Source: an uncultured bacterium (GTDB lineage: Bacteria > Verrucomicrobiota > Kiritimatiellia > CAIKKV01 > CALHGX01). Taken from it: 64,000 bases of DNA. This document shows positions 56,657-64,000 of the stretch, in pieces. The position numbers were made by a program, and so were the translations under genes. Location: positions 1,715 through 65,714 of the forward strand of contig CALHGX010000023.1 of assembly GCA_938031185.1 (NCBI GenBank). Direction: 5' to 3'. Every line of letters starts with the position of its first letter. Position 1 is the first letter of the stretch. Under the pieces are notes generated by a model, which made no database searches, had not been told where the DNA came from, and saw only the letters and a list, made by a program, of their open reading frames with translations.

Positions 56657-57443
56657 CGACTTTGTGCTGGTGGATGACCGTGACGGGCAGTTTCCCGCGG
56701 CCGACGCGAAATGGATTGCGGCCGTGGCGGCGCGGCGGACCGGCGTCGGCTGCGAAGGCGTGATCCTCATTCAACCCTCCGGCTCGGCGGATTTTCGCAT
56801 GAGGTTCTTCAATCCCGACGGCGCGGAGGCGGACATGTGCGGCAATGGGGCGCGCTGCGTGGCCCGTTTGGCGCACGAGATCGGCGTGGCGGGAGCCGAG
56901 ATGACGATCGAAACTGCCGCAGGGGCGCTGCGGGCACGGGTGAGAGGCGAGCGCGTCAAGTTATGGATGACCACGCCCCGCGACTGGCGGATGAACCGGC
57001 GGCTCACGGTGAACGGACGGGACTTTGTTTATCACTATGTGAACAGCGGCGTGCCGCATGTTGTGATCGAGGTGGAGGATTTGGCGAGTGCGGATGTGGC
57101 CGGGCTCGGACGCGCTATTCGGCGTCACGAGGATTTCCGTCCGGCGGGCACCAATGTGAACTTCATTCACGTGACCGGCGCCGGCGCATTGCGCATCCGC
57201 ACCTATGAGCGGGGGGTGGAAGCAGAGACGCTCGCCTGCGGCACGGGAATGGTGGCAGCCGGGCTGATCGCCGGGCGGCTGGGACGGACGAGGCCGCCGG
57301 TCGCCGTCACCTGTGCCAGCGGCGATGTGCTGACGGTGGATTATCGTTTAAGAGAGGATGGGGCCGAGGACGTGACGCTCGAGGGGCCGGCCGAGCATGT
57401 TTTCCGTGGCGTTTTGCCGTATCCCCCATCCCGGAGCCAGTAG
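56619..57443 (+). CDS. dapF: Diaminopimelate epimerase
   Basis: KMHGAGNDF, MCGNGARC, GVPH, NVNF, ERGVEAETLACGTG. Confidence 0.97.
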   Translation: MEIPFWKMHGAGNDFVLVDDRDGQFPAADAKWIAAVAARRTGVGCEGVILIQPSGSADFRMRFFNPDGAEADMCGNGARCVARLAHEIGVAGAEMTIETAAGALRARVRGERVKLWMTTPRDWRMNRRLTVNGRDFVYHYVNSGVPHVVIEVEDLASADVAGLGRAIRRHEDFRPAGTNVNFIHVTGAGALRIRTYERGVEAETLACGTGMVAAGLIAGRLGRTRPPVAVTCASGDVLTVDYRLREDGAEDVTLEGPAEHVFRGVLPYPPSRSQ

Positions 57444-57483
57444 CTGGGGGTCGTGCCGCAGCCGCGCGGAAACGGGCCAACGA

Positions 57484-58269
57484 ATGCGTATTGCCACGTT
57501 TAATGTCAATTCCATCCGGTCGCGGCTGGATACCGTGCTGGACTGGTTGGCGAAGAATCGTCCGGATGTGCTCTGCCTGCAGGAAACCAAAACGCCGGAC
57601 GCGGACTTTCCGGCCGTTGCCATTCGGTCGGCTCGGTATCATGTGTTGTTTCGCGGGGAGCCGAAGTATAACGGCGTGGCGATTGTATCCCGGGTTCAGC
57701 CGGATGAGAAAGGATTCGGTCTGGACGGCGGGACGCGCGCTGACGAGACACGCTTGGCGTGGGCGCGGTTTGGCGATGTGTGGGTCGTCAATACATATGT
57801 TCCCCAGGGCCGTGACATCGAGCATGAGATGTACGCCTACAAGCTGGAATGGTTCAAGCGCTTGAGGCTTTTCTTTGAAAAGCATCTTCGTCCCGACTGG
57901 CTGGTGGCGTGGGTGGGGGACCTCAACATAGCGCCGGAGGCCAAGGATATTCATAATGCCGAGAAACAGGCCCATCATGTTTGTTTCCATCATGAGGCTC
58001 GGAAGGCGTTCGAACGAACGAAGGCGTGGGGTTTTGAGGATGTTTTTCGGCGGCACCACCCGGAGGGTGGACAGTACAGCTATTTCGACTACCGACAGAA
58101 AGAAGCGGTGGAAAGAGGCTTGGGGTGGCGGGTGGACCACATTCTGGCCACGAAGCCGCTGGCCGAGCGTTCGACGGACGCGTTCATTGATTTGGCGCCG
58201 CGGCGGGCGGAACGCCCGTCCGATCACGCGCCGGTGATCGCGGACTTCCGGCTCCCGTCCAGCCAATAG
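57484..58269 (+). CDS. xth: Exodeoxyribonuclease III
   Basis: ATFNVNSIR, CLQETK, YNGVAI, GDLNIA, GWRVDH, PSDHAP. Confidence 0.96.
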   Translation: MRIATFNVNSIRSRLDTVLDWLAKNRPDVLCLQETKTPDADFPAVAIRSARYHVLFRGEPKYNGVAIVSRVQPDEKGFGLDGGTRADETRLAWARFGDVWVVNTYVPQGRDIEHEMYAYKLEWFKRLRLFFEKHLRPDWLVAWVGDLNIAPEAKDIHNAEKQAHHVCFHHEARKAFERTKAWGFEDVFRRHHPEGGQYSYFDYRQKEAVERGLGWRVDHILATKPLAERSTDAFIDLAPRRAERPSDHAPVIADFRLPSSQ

Positions 58270-58366
58270 TTCCGGGTTGATCCCGCGAGAGCCAGGTTCC
58301 TTGTTGAAGAGACCCTGCCCCGGGCTCTGAATACGGACGGAGGGGCGTGAGAAAAGGCCTCCTTGG

Positions 58367-59374
58367 TCAGCGCGGGCTGTGGAACGGCATCGGTTCGCAG
58401 AGCGCCCGCAGGTTGGCGGGCGGCGTGCCGGGTGGAATCTCGCAGCCGGCGTTGACAAGGTAGGGGTCGCCGGCGGCCGCATAGGCCGAAGCCAGCGCGG
58501 CGCGGATGCCTTCCGGGGTTCCGAAGCGGATGACAGCGGCCGGATCGAGATTGCCGGCCAGGACTACCTGCGGACCGACGGCCTGACGGGCCACGGTCAA
58601 ATCCACCATGTGATCCACATCCAGAATGTCCACGTTCAGGGTGGCGATGCCGGGCAGCAGGTGGGTGATATTGCCGCAGATATGGAGCCGCGCCAGCCCG
58701 CCGGCCTTGTGGATGGCATCCACCAGTTGTTTTTCGCGCGGCAGGATCAAGCTTTCATAGAGTTCACTGGAAACCTGGCTCGCGATGGCGTCGCCGATGC
58801 CGATCGTGTCCGCGCCCGCGGCCAACTGCGCCAGGGAGAAGTCCACGGCCGTTTGCAGGCAGCGATCCATGAGGGCTGCGGCGAACGGCTCATCGTCGAT
58901 CAGATCCAAGAGGAAGGTTGTGACCCCCCGCAGGTCGGCCGCTTCGGCCGCTGGTCCTTCCACCCACCCGAGGATGGAATAGTCTGCCGCGTGTTTCTGG
59001 AAGAGGCGAATCGCCTCGATGCGGTCCCGCATCCGTTCGGCCGTGAGGGGATGGGGGCGGGGCAGGCTCGAGAGGTCTTTGGAGTCCTCCAGGGGGAGGC
59101 GCAGGCATCGGGGAACGCCGTCGCGCACGAATTCGATTTGGGCGCCGAACCCCTGCGTTTCGCGATACGGATCGGAAATGGCGCTGACCTGGTCCATGCC
59201 GAAGTCACGGGCGCAGCGCAGGTTGGACTCCACGAGCACGCGGTGGTCGGAGGCAAAGGCGCCGTAGTTGGAGCCGATGTATTCCGCGGCGAACTGCATC
59301 AGGATGGGGACGCGCGGCAGATGATCTGCGGGGCGGCCCCCGAGCACCGCCATGTATCGTTCCCGCCCTGTCAT
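58367..59374 (-). CDS. URO-D / MtaA-CmuA family methylcobamide methyltransferase-like protein
   Basis: MTGRER, AGAD, LHICGN (Zn ligands), GNLDP, NAGCEIPPGTP. Confidence 0.88.
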   Translation of the reverse strand: MTGRERYMAVLGGRPADHLPRVPILMQFAAEYIGSNYGAFASDHRVLVESNLRCARDFGMDQVSAISDPYRETQGFGAQIEFVRDGVPRCLRLPLEDSKDLSSLPRPHPLTAERMRDRIEAIRLFQKHAADYSILGWVEGPAAEAADLRGVTTFLLDLIDDEPFAAALMDRCLQTAVDFSLAQLAAGADTIGIGDAIASQVSSELYESLILPREKQLVDAIHKAGGLARLHICGNITHLLPGIATLNVDILDVDHMVDLTVARQAVGPQVVLAGNLDPAAVIRFGTPEGIRAALASAYAAAGDPYLVNAGCEIPPGTPPANLRALCEPMPFHSPR

Positions 59375-59456
59375 GAGATGGATCATTATGTCCCGATCGG
59401 CGGACGTCAATTCGTAAAGGCGCCGGCCGAAGCGTGTGTTCGTTTGTACGCAGGGG

Positions 59457-59485
59457 TTGACAACTGTAGGCGCGCGTCATAGCAT
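59457..59485 (+). promoter_or_regulatory. sigma70 promoter, probably giving a leaderless transcript
   Basis: TTGACA-17-TAGCAT, 8 nt before ATG 59494, with no SD. Confidence 0.65.
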
Positions 59486-59493
59486 TGGCACGC

Positions 59494-60873
59494 ATGAAGG
59501 ACACCAAAAGCCGACCCGCCGCGCATGCCATCGGTTCGCCGACGGTCATTCTCTCCAAGCATGGCGTGCCGCACGCGCTGCTGCTGCAGAAGTACAAACT
59601 GCTCATTGTCAACGGCCCCGATCAGGGCAAGGAAGCGGTGATAGACAAGGAGGTTTTCACCATCGGCGCGGGCCGGCAAAACGACCTGGTGTTGCAGGAT
59701 GCGGCGGTTTCGCGGGCGCATTGCGAGATACAGGTGCAGGCGGAAGGATTCCTTTTGCGGGATTTGAACAGCACCAACGGCACGTTGATTCACGGGGTTC
59801 GGATTTGCGAGGCGTATCTGGAGCACGGCACCGAGTTTCAGGCCGGCGGCACGAAGGTGGTGTTTTGTCCGCTGCAGGAGGCCACGGAGCATCTGCTGAG
59901 CGCGCGGGAATCGTTCGGGCGTCTGCTGGGGCGCAGCGTGGCGATGAAGCGCGTGTTCCACCTGGCGGAGCGCTTCGCGCCCACGGACACGCCGATTTTG
60001 ATCGAAGGGGAGACGGGCACCGGCAAGGAGCTGCTGGCGGAAGCGATTCACGCGCACAGCCGCCGGAGCGAACGGCCATTTTCGGTGGTGGATTGCGGCA
60101 CGCTGGCGAAGGGGCTGGTGGAAAGCGAGCTGTTCGGGCACGTGCGCGGGGCCTTTACGGGCGCCGTGAGCGATCGGGTGGGCGCGTTTCAGCATGCGGG
60201 CGGCGGCACGGTTTTTTTGGACGAGGTGGCGGAGCTGGCGCTCGAACTTCAACCGAAGCTGCTGCGAGTGCTGGAGAAGAAGGAAGTGCGCCGGGTGGGC
60301 GCGAACGAATTGAAGCCGGTGGATGTGCGCGTGCTGGCCGCGACGAACAAGCGCCTGGAAGGCGAAATCAACGCCGGCCGTTTTCGCGAGGACCTTTTTT
60401 ACCGTTTGTCCGTCGTGAAGATCGAGATGCCGCCTCTGCGCAAGCGCAAGGAGGACCTCCCGCTGTTGACGCGTCATTTTCTCGAGGAGCTGGGCGGACC
60501 GGATGCGGTGGCGCGGGTGGCGGATTTCGATCGGACCATGGAGCTTTTCCGGCGGCACGACTGGCCGGGGAACGTCCGCGAGTTGAAGAACTTGATCGAG
60601 ATGGCTTTTCATGGCAGCCGGGATCGGATTGATTTCTCTTCGTTTCTTTATCTGGGCGGTTTGCGGGAACGACGGGGGACGGAGGAACCGGTGTTCGATC
60701 TTGGGCGTCCGTTCAAGGAGGCCAAAGGGGATCTCGTGGAGCGTTTCGAGAAGGAATATGTTCAAGGGTTGCTCGAGCGAAACAGGTGGAACGTGTCGCA
60801 AGCGGCCCGCGAAGCGCGGATCGAGCGAGCCTATTTGCAGCGCCTCATCAAGAAACACCGTTTGAGCCCATAA
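59494..60873 (+). CDS. FHA-domain sigma54-dependent Fis-family transcriptional activator
   Basis: FHA ([14 protein letters not shown]), [44 protein letters not shown]-terminal HTH. Confidence 0.94.
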   Translation: MKDTKSRPAAHAIGSPTVILSKHGVPHALLLQKYKLLIVNGPDQGKEAVIDKEVFTIGAGRQNDLVLQDAAVSRAHCEIQVQAEGFLLRDLNSTNGTLIHGVRICEAYLEHGTEFQAGGTKVVFCPLQEATEHLLSARESFGRLLGRSVAMKRVFHLAERFAPTDTPILIEGETGTGKELLAEAIHAHSRRSERPFSVVDCGTLAKGLVESELFGHVRGAFTGAVSDRVGAFQHAGGGTVFLDEVAELALELQPKLLRVLEKKEVRRVGANELKPVDVRVLAATNKRLEGEINAGRFREDLFYRLSVVKIEMPPLRKRKEDLPLLTRHFLEELGGPDAVARVADFDRTMELFRRHDWPGNVRELKNLIEMAFHGSRDRIDFSSFLYLGGLRERRGTEEPVFDLGRPFKEAKGDLVERFEKEYVQGLLERNRWNVSQAAREARIERAYLQRLIKKHRLSP

Positions 60874-60905
60874 TCCGGGCGAGCCGCCGCCTGCCGGCAG
60901 GGGGC

Positions 60906-62591
60906 TCAGTAGTCGTGGCGGGCAAGGCTGCGCCGCCCCAACCAGAGGGGCGTCACGGTGAAGATGGCCGTGAGCAGCGCGAGCCATCCCGTGGCGGCGG
61001 CGACGGCCATCCGCATCGCCTCCAGGTCGAGCCTTCCGCGGAAATAACCGTGCAGCGCCCCGCCGTAGGGGACGATGCCGAGCACCAGGAAGAGCAGGCT
61101 CAACGCGAGGTTGAGCGTTCCGCCGAATCCTGAAACAATGGCCATCGGGTTGGACTGCCGCGGATCAAGAAACACTGCGCCCAATCCCGTGGACAAGCCG
61201 GACACCGCCAGCGAAACGGCCGCGGCCAGCCCGAAAGCCATCAGCCGGATCGCCGGATCCACCTGCAACATGCGGGTGGAAACCAGCATCAGCGTCATGC
61301 TGACGGAGAGCGTGGCGGCCAGCGCCAAGGCGAACTTGGTCATCAGGATGCGGCTCGGACGAGTGGGCGCGAGCCCCAGGAGCCAGAATGCCTGCCCTTC
61401 GAGACTGAGCTGCGGGTACACGAAACGGGCGGACAGCGAGCAGAGGACGGACGCGACGCTGAACACGTTGAGAAACGCGATCACGTTGCGCCACTCCTCG
61501 GGCAGCGTGTGGTAACGAAAGGCCCGCAGGCTGGCGAAATACAGGGCGAGCAGACCAAAAAAGATCAGCGCCTGCGACCATTGGACGGGATCGCGGAAGA
61601 ACGTTCGGATGTCCTTCAAGGCGATGGCGCGGGCATCGCCGGGCAGGAAGCGCAAGAGCCGCTCCAAGCCTGGGAACAATACCATGCGGCGGCGAATTCT
61701 TGCGCCGGCGGCGCCCGAGGCCAACTGGAGCGCCGGATAGAAGCACGCGCCGCCGACGTGACGGACCAAGTGGACGGCCAGCAGCGTGTTGGACGCCAGG
61801 ACGCACCAGAACATGAGACCGCGGCCCCATTGTCCACGGGTGAGGGCCAGCACGCCTTCGGAGGTCCACCAGCTCGGCAGCAGCGGCCAGGAGGCGGCCC
61901 GGAGGCCGGGGATCGATCGGGACAGGACGAACGCGGCTTGATCGGCGGAAGGATCCGGCCGCCCCGGCGGCAGGCGCGTGAGGTAGGCGACCAAGGCGGC
62001 CAGCATCAACCCTGCGGCGCCGAGCCATCGTCCGCGAGGCGTCCACCGGACGAGGAGCAGAACAGCCAAGGCGCCGACCGCGGAGCACCACAGGAGAAAA
62101 GGAATCGAGAAACACAGCGTCCAGAACGGAAACGAAACCCCCATTCGCTCGTGCCATCCATAGGCGGCGGCGAAAGGTAAGACCATGAAGAAAAAAGCCC
62201 AGGAGCCGAGCGCCGAGGACTGCAGGAGCTTGTAGCCGACGAGGGCGTCCATCCGGAACGGTTTCACCAGCAGATAGGAGTTCTCGCGGGCGCGGAAATA
62301 CACCGCGTAGGCCGTCAGAATGCCCGAGACGACGAGCATCAAGCCCATGCCGAGGTAGAAGAGCGAGAACAGGCGGCGGGTAATCATGAATCCGGCGCCG
62401 CCGAGCGTGGCGAGAAAGCGAAATCCGCGCAAGAAAAGCAAGAAGAGCCCCGCCTCCATGCCCGCGAAAAACGTGAGGATGAAGGAGACCTTGAACAGGG
62501 ATTCCCGGCGCAGCCGGCGCCGGACGTTCAGGAGACTGCGTAGATCCTTTCGCAGGAGCGTCCAAACGTCAAACACCGAGGTTCTCCTCAA
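60906..62591 (-). CDS. Putative ABC exporter permease (large, about 12 TM)
   Basis: KDIRTFFRDPVQWSQ, RFVYPQLSLEGQAFWLL...P; coupled to the ABC ATPase gene. Confidence 0.8.
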   Translation of the reverse strand: MRRTSVFDVWTLLRKDLRSLLNVRRRLRRESLFKVSFILTFFAGMEAGLFLLFLRGFRFLATLGGAGFMITRRLFSLFYLGMGLMLVVSGILTAYAVYFRARENSYLLVKPFRMDALVGYKLLQSSALGSWAFFFMVLPFAAAYGWHERMGVSFPFWTLCFSIPFLLWCSAVGALAVLLLVRWTPRGRWLGAAGLMLAALVAYLTRLPPGRPDPSADQAAFVLSRSIPGLRAASWPLLPSWWTSEGVLALTRGQWGRGLMFWCVLASNTLLAVHLVRHVGGACFYPALQLASGAAGARIRRRMVLFPGLERLLRFLPGDARAIALKDIRTFFRDPVQWSQALIFFGLLALYFASLRAFRYHTLPEEWRNVIAFLNVFSVASVLCSLSARFVYPQLSLEGQAFWLLGLAPTRPSRILMTKFALALAATLSVSMTLMLVSTRMLQVDPAIRLMAFGLAAAVSLAVSGLSTGLGAVFLDPRQSNPMAIVSGFGGTLNLALSLLFLVLGIVPYGGALHGYFRGRLDLEAMRMAVAAATGWLALLTAIFTVTPLWLGRRSLARHDY

Positions 62592-63334
62592 GCCATGTAC
62601 TCGTCTTCCGAATGCCGCGTCAGGCGGAGAAAGACATCTTCCAGTCGCCGGTCGACGCCCGGGGTCAGCAGTTCCTCCATCCGGCCGAGCGCGATCAACT
62701 GTCCTTGGGAGATGATGCCGATGCGGTCGGCCACTTCCTCGGCCAGCGCCAGGATGTGGGTTGTGAGGAAGATCGTCATGCCGCCGCGCACCTTGTCCCG
62801 CAGCAGGTCCTTGATCATGCGGATGGTGTGCGGATCAATGCCCACGAGGGGCTCGTCAATGAACAGGGCGCGCGGATCGTGCATGAAGGTGGCCACGTAG
62901 CTGAGCCGCTGCCGGAAGCCGTGGGACAGGTCTCCGATCAACGCCTCGCGGTACGGACCGAGGCCAAAGCGCTCGAAATCGTCGTCGAGGGCGTGGCGCA
63001 CACGGTTGGGCGGAGTGTCGTAGAGGTCGGCGACGAAAAGGATGAACTCGACGGGCGTCAATCGCTCGTAGAGGAAGGGCGTGTCGGGGATGTAGCCGAT
63101 GTGGCGTTTGGCGGCGACGGGGTCGGCCAGAAGGTCCGTGCCCGCGATACGGATGACGCCTTCGTCCGGCCGCATGAGTCCGGTCAGCATCTTGATGGTG
63201 GTGGTCTTGCCGGCGCCGTTGGGACCGAGGAAGCAGAAAAGCTCCCCGGCATTGATGCGCAGCGAGAGGCGATTCACCGCTCGCAGGGCGCCGAACCGTT
63301 TGGACAGGTTCTCGATTTCAATCATCAGAGGCAT
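62588..63334 (-). CDS. ABC transporter ATP-binding protein
   Basis: GPNGAGKTT, LSHGFRQR, IDEP, TTH. Confidence 0.93.
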   Translation of the reverse strand: MPLMIEIENLSKRFGALRAVNRLSLRINAGELFCFLGPNGAGKTTTIKMLTGLMRPDEGVIRIAGTDLLADPVAAKRHIGYIPDTPFLYERLTPVEFILFVADLYDTPPNRVRHALDDDFERFGLGPYREALIGDLSHGFRQRLSYVATFMHDPRALFIDEPLVGIDPHTIRMIKDLLRDKVRGGMTIFLTTHILALAEEVADRIGIISQGQLIALGRMEELLTPGVDRRLEDVFLRLTRHSEDEYMA

Positions 63335-64000
63335 CCTCCAGAGGCTCGATGCGCAAACGGCCGATGAGGCCGACGATTTTCATCTGTTCCGCGAAGTCGC
63401 CCTCGGCCAGCGCCACGTGGGTGGCGTCGGCGCCCAGCTGGCCCAGCGTGGGATCCATTTCAATCCATCGGCCCGCAAACACGGCCGGCCACGCATGGTA
63501 ATGGAAGGCGCCTTCGTGGTAAACGATGCCCACGAGGGGCTTTGCGGGGACGCCGGCCGCGCGGGCCAGCGCCACGAAGAGATAGGTGTGTTCATTGCAG
63601 TCGCCCCTCATGACGCGCAAGACGTCGAGCGCGGACGGCACGCTGACGGTGGGTTCCTTGACCACGTTGCGATGGACCCAGTCGTGAAGGGCGCGGGCGC
63701 GGGCGGCCGGTGTCAGCGCGGCTGGCGCGATGGTTTTGGCGAGGCGAACAATTTCCGGCGCGTCGGATTGAAGGAATGGCGCGGGATTCAGATAGGGCGC
63801 CGGATCGGGAAGGGAGGCGGTATCGCCCTCGCTTGGCGGATCGTCTCGCCGTAGCCGGAGGATGGCGACGTCCCCTTCGCGACGTTCCATTCGCTGCCGC
63901 GACGTGGTGGGGAGCGGATATTCCGGCGGCAGTCCGCGCAATCGCAAGCGCAGCGCCGGTCGGTCGCGAGGCTGCGCGATCGGTGTGGCGGATGGCGCCG
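63318..64000 (-). CDS. Transglutaminase-like domain protein, 5'-truncated by the window edge
   Basis: GDCNEH, HAW and DPT give the Cys-His-Asp triad; the frame is open to the window end. Confidence 0.88.
   Translation of the reverse strand, partial: APSATPIAQPRDRPALRLRLRGLPPEYPLPTTSRQRMERREGDVAILRLRRDDPPSEGDTASLPDPAPYLNPAPFLQSDAPEIVRLAKTIAPAALTPAARARALHDWVHRNVVKEPTVSVPSALDVLRVMRGDCNEHTYLFVALARAAGVPAKPLVGIVYHEGAFHYHAWPAVFAGRWIEMDPTLGQLGADATHVALAEGDFAEQMKIVGLIGRLRIEPLEDASDD

Noticed and set aside
58270-58366. Imperfect AGAGCC...GGCTCT stem between convergent xth and the URO-D-like gene
   Set aside because: The stem is weak, has no U-tract and no recognisable RNA motif.

Overview
High-GC bacterial chromosomal segment, most likely from the PVC superphylum (Kiritimatiellae/Verrucomicrobia-like). 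This taxonomy is inferred from the murD-LysM-ftsW gene order, the multiple URO-D-fold proteins and the general gene content. From left to right the window holds: the 3' part of fucI; a tolQ-tolR-tolA-tolB-pal operon followed by tatA-tatC; a dcw cluster (mraZ to ftsW) with MraZ boxes that stops after ftsW and is followed by an LpoB-like lipoprotein and a TPR lipoprotein; small membrane and coiled-coil genes; nadE; a hybrid kinase; a BatD/BatE-like fusion; recA; an SH3 / M48 peptidase / CHASE2 adenylate cyclase / queF unit; a TetR / lysine 2,3-aminomutase / two Ddl-like ATP-grasp (one fused to GNAT) / URO-D-fold cluster; pilus or T2SS accessory-like genes; sugar genes; two paralogous GT-C-like membrane proteins (one frameshifted); pgpA; an F0+delta-only ATP synthase operon coupled to prc-dapF-xth; an FHA-sigma54 activator; and a transglutaminase-ABC unit. 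The best candidate for an uncharacterised system is the aminomutase / ATP-grasp / GNAT cluster, probably making a beta-lysine-containing product. I saw no rRNA, tRNA, CRISPR array or mobile element. All calls come from motif recognition by eye, with no database searches.
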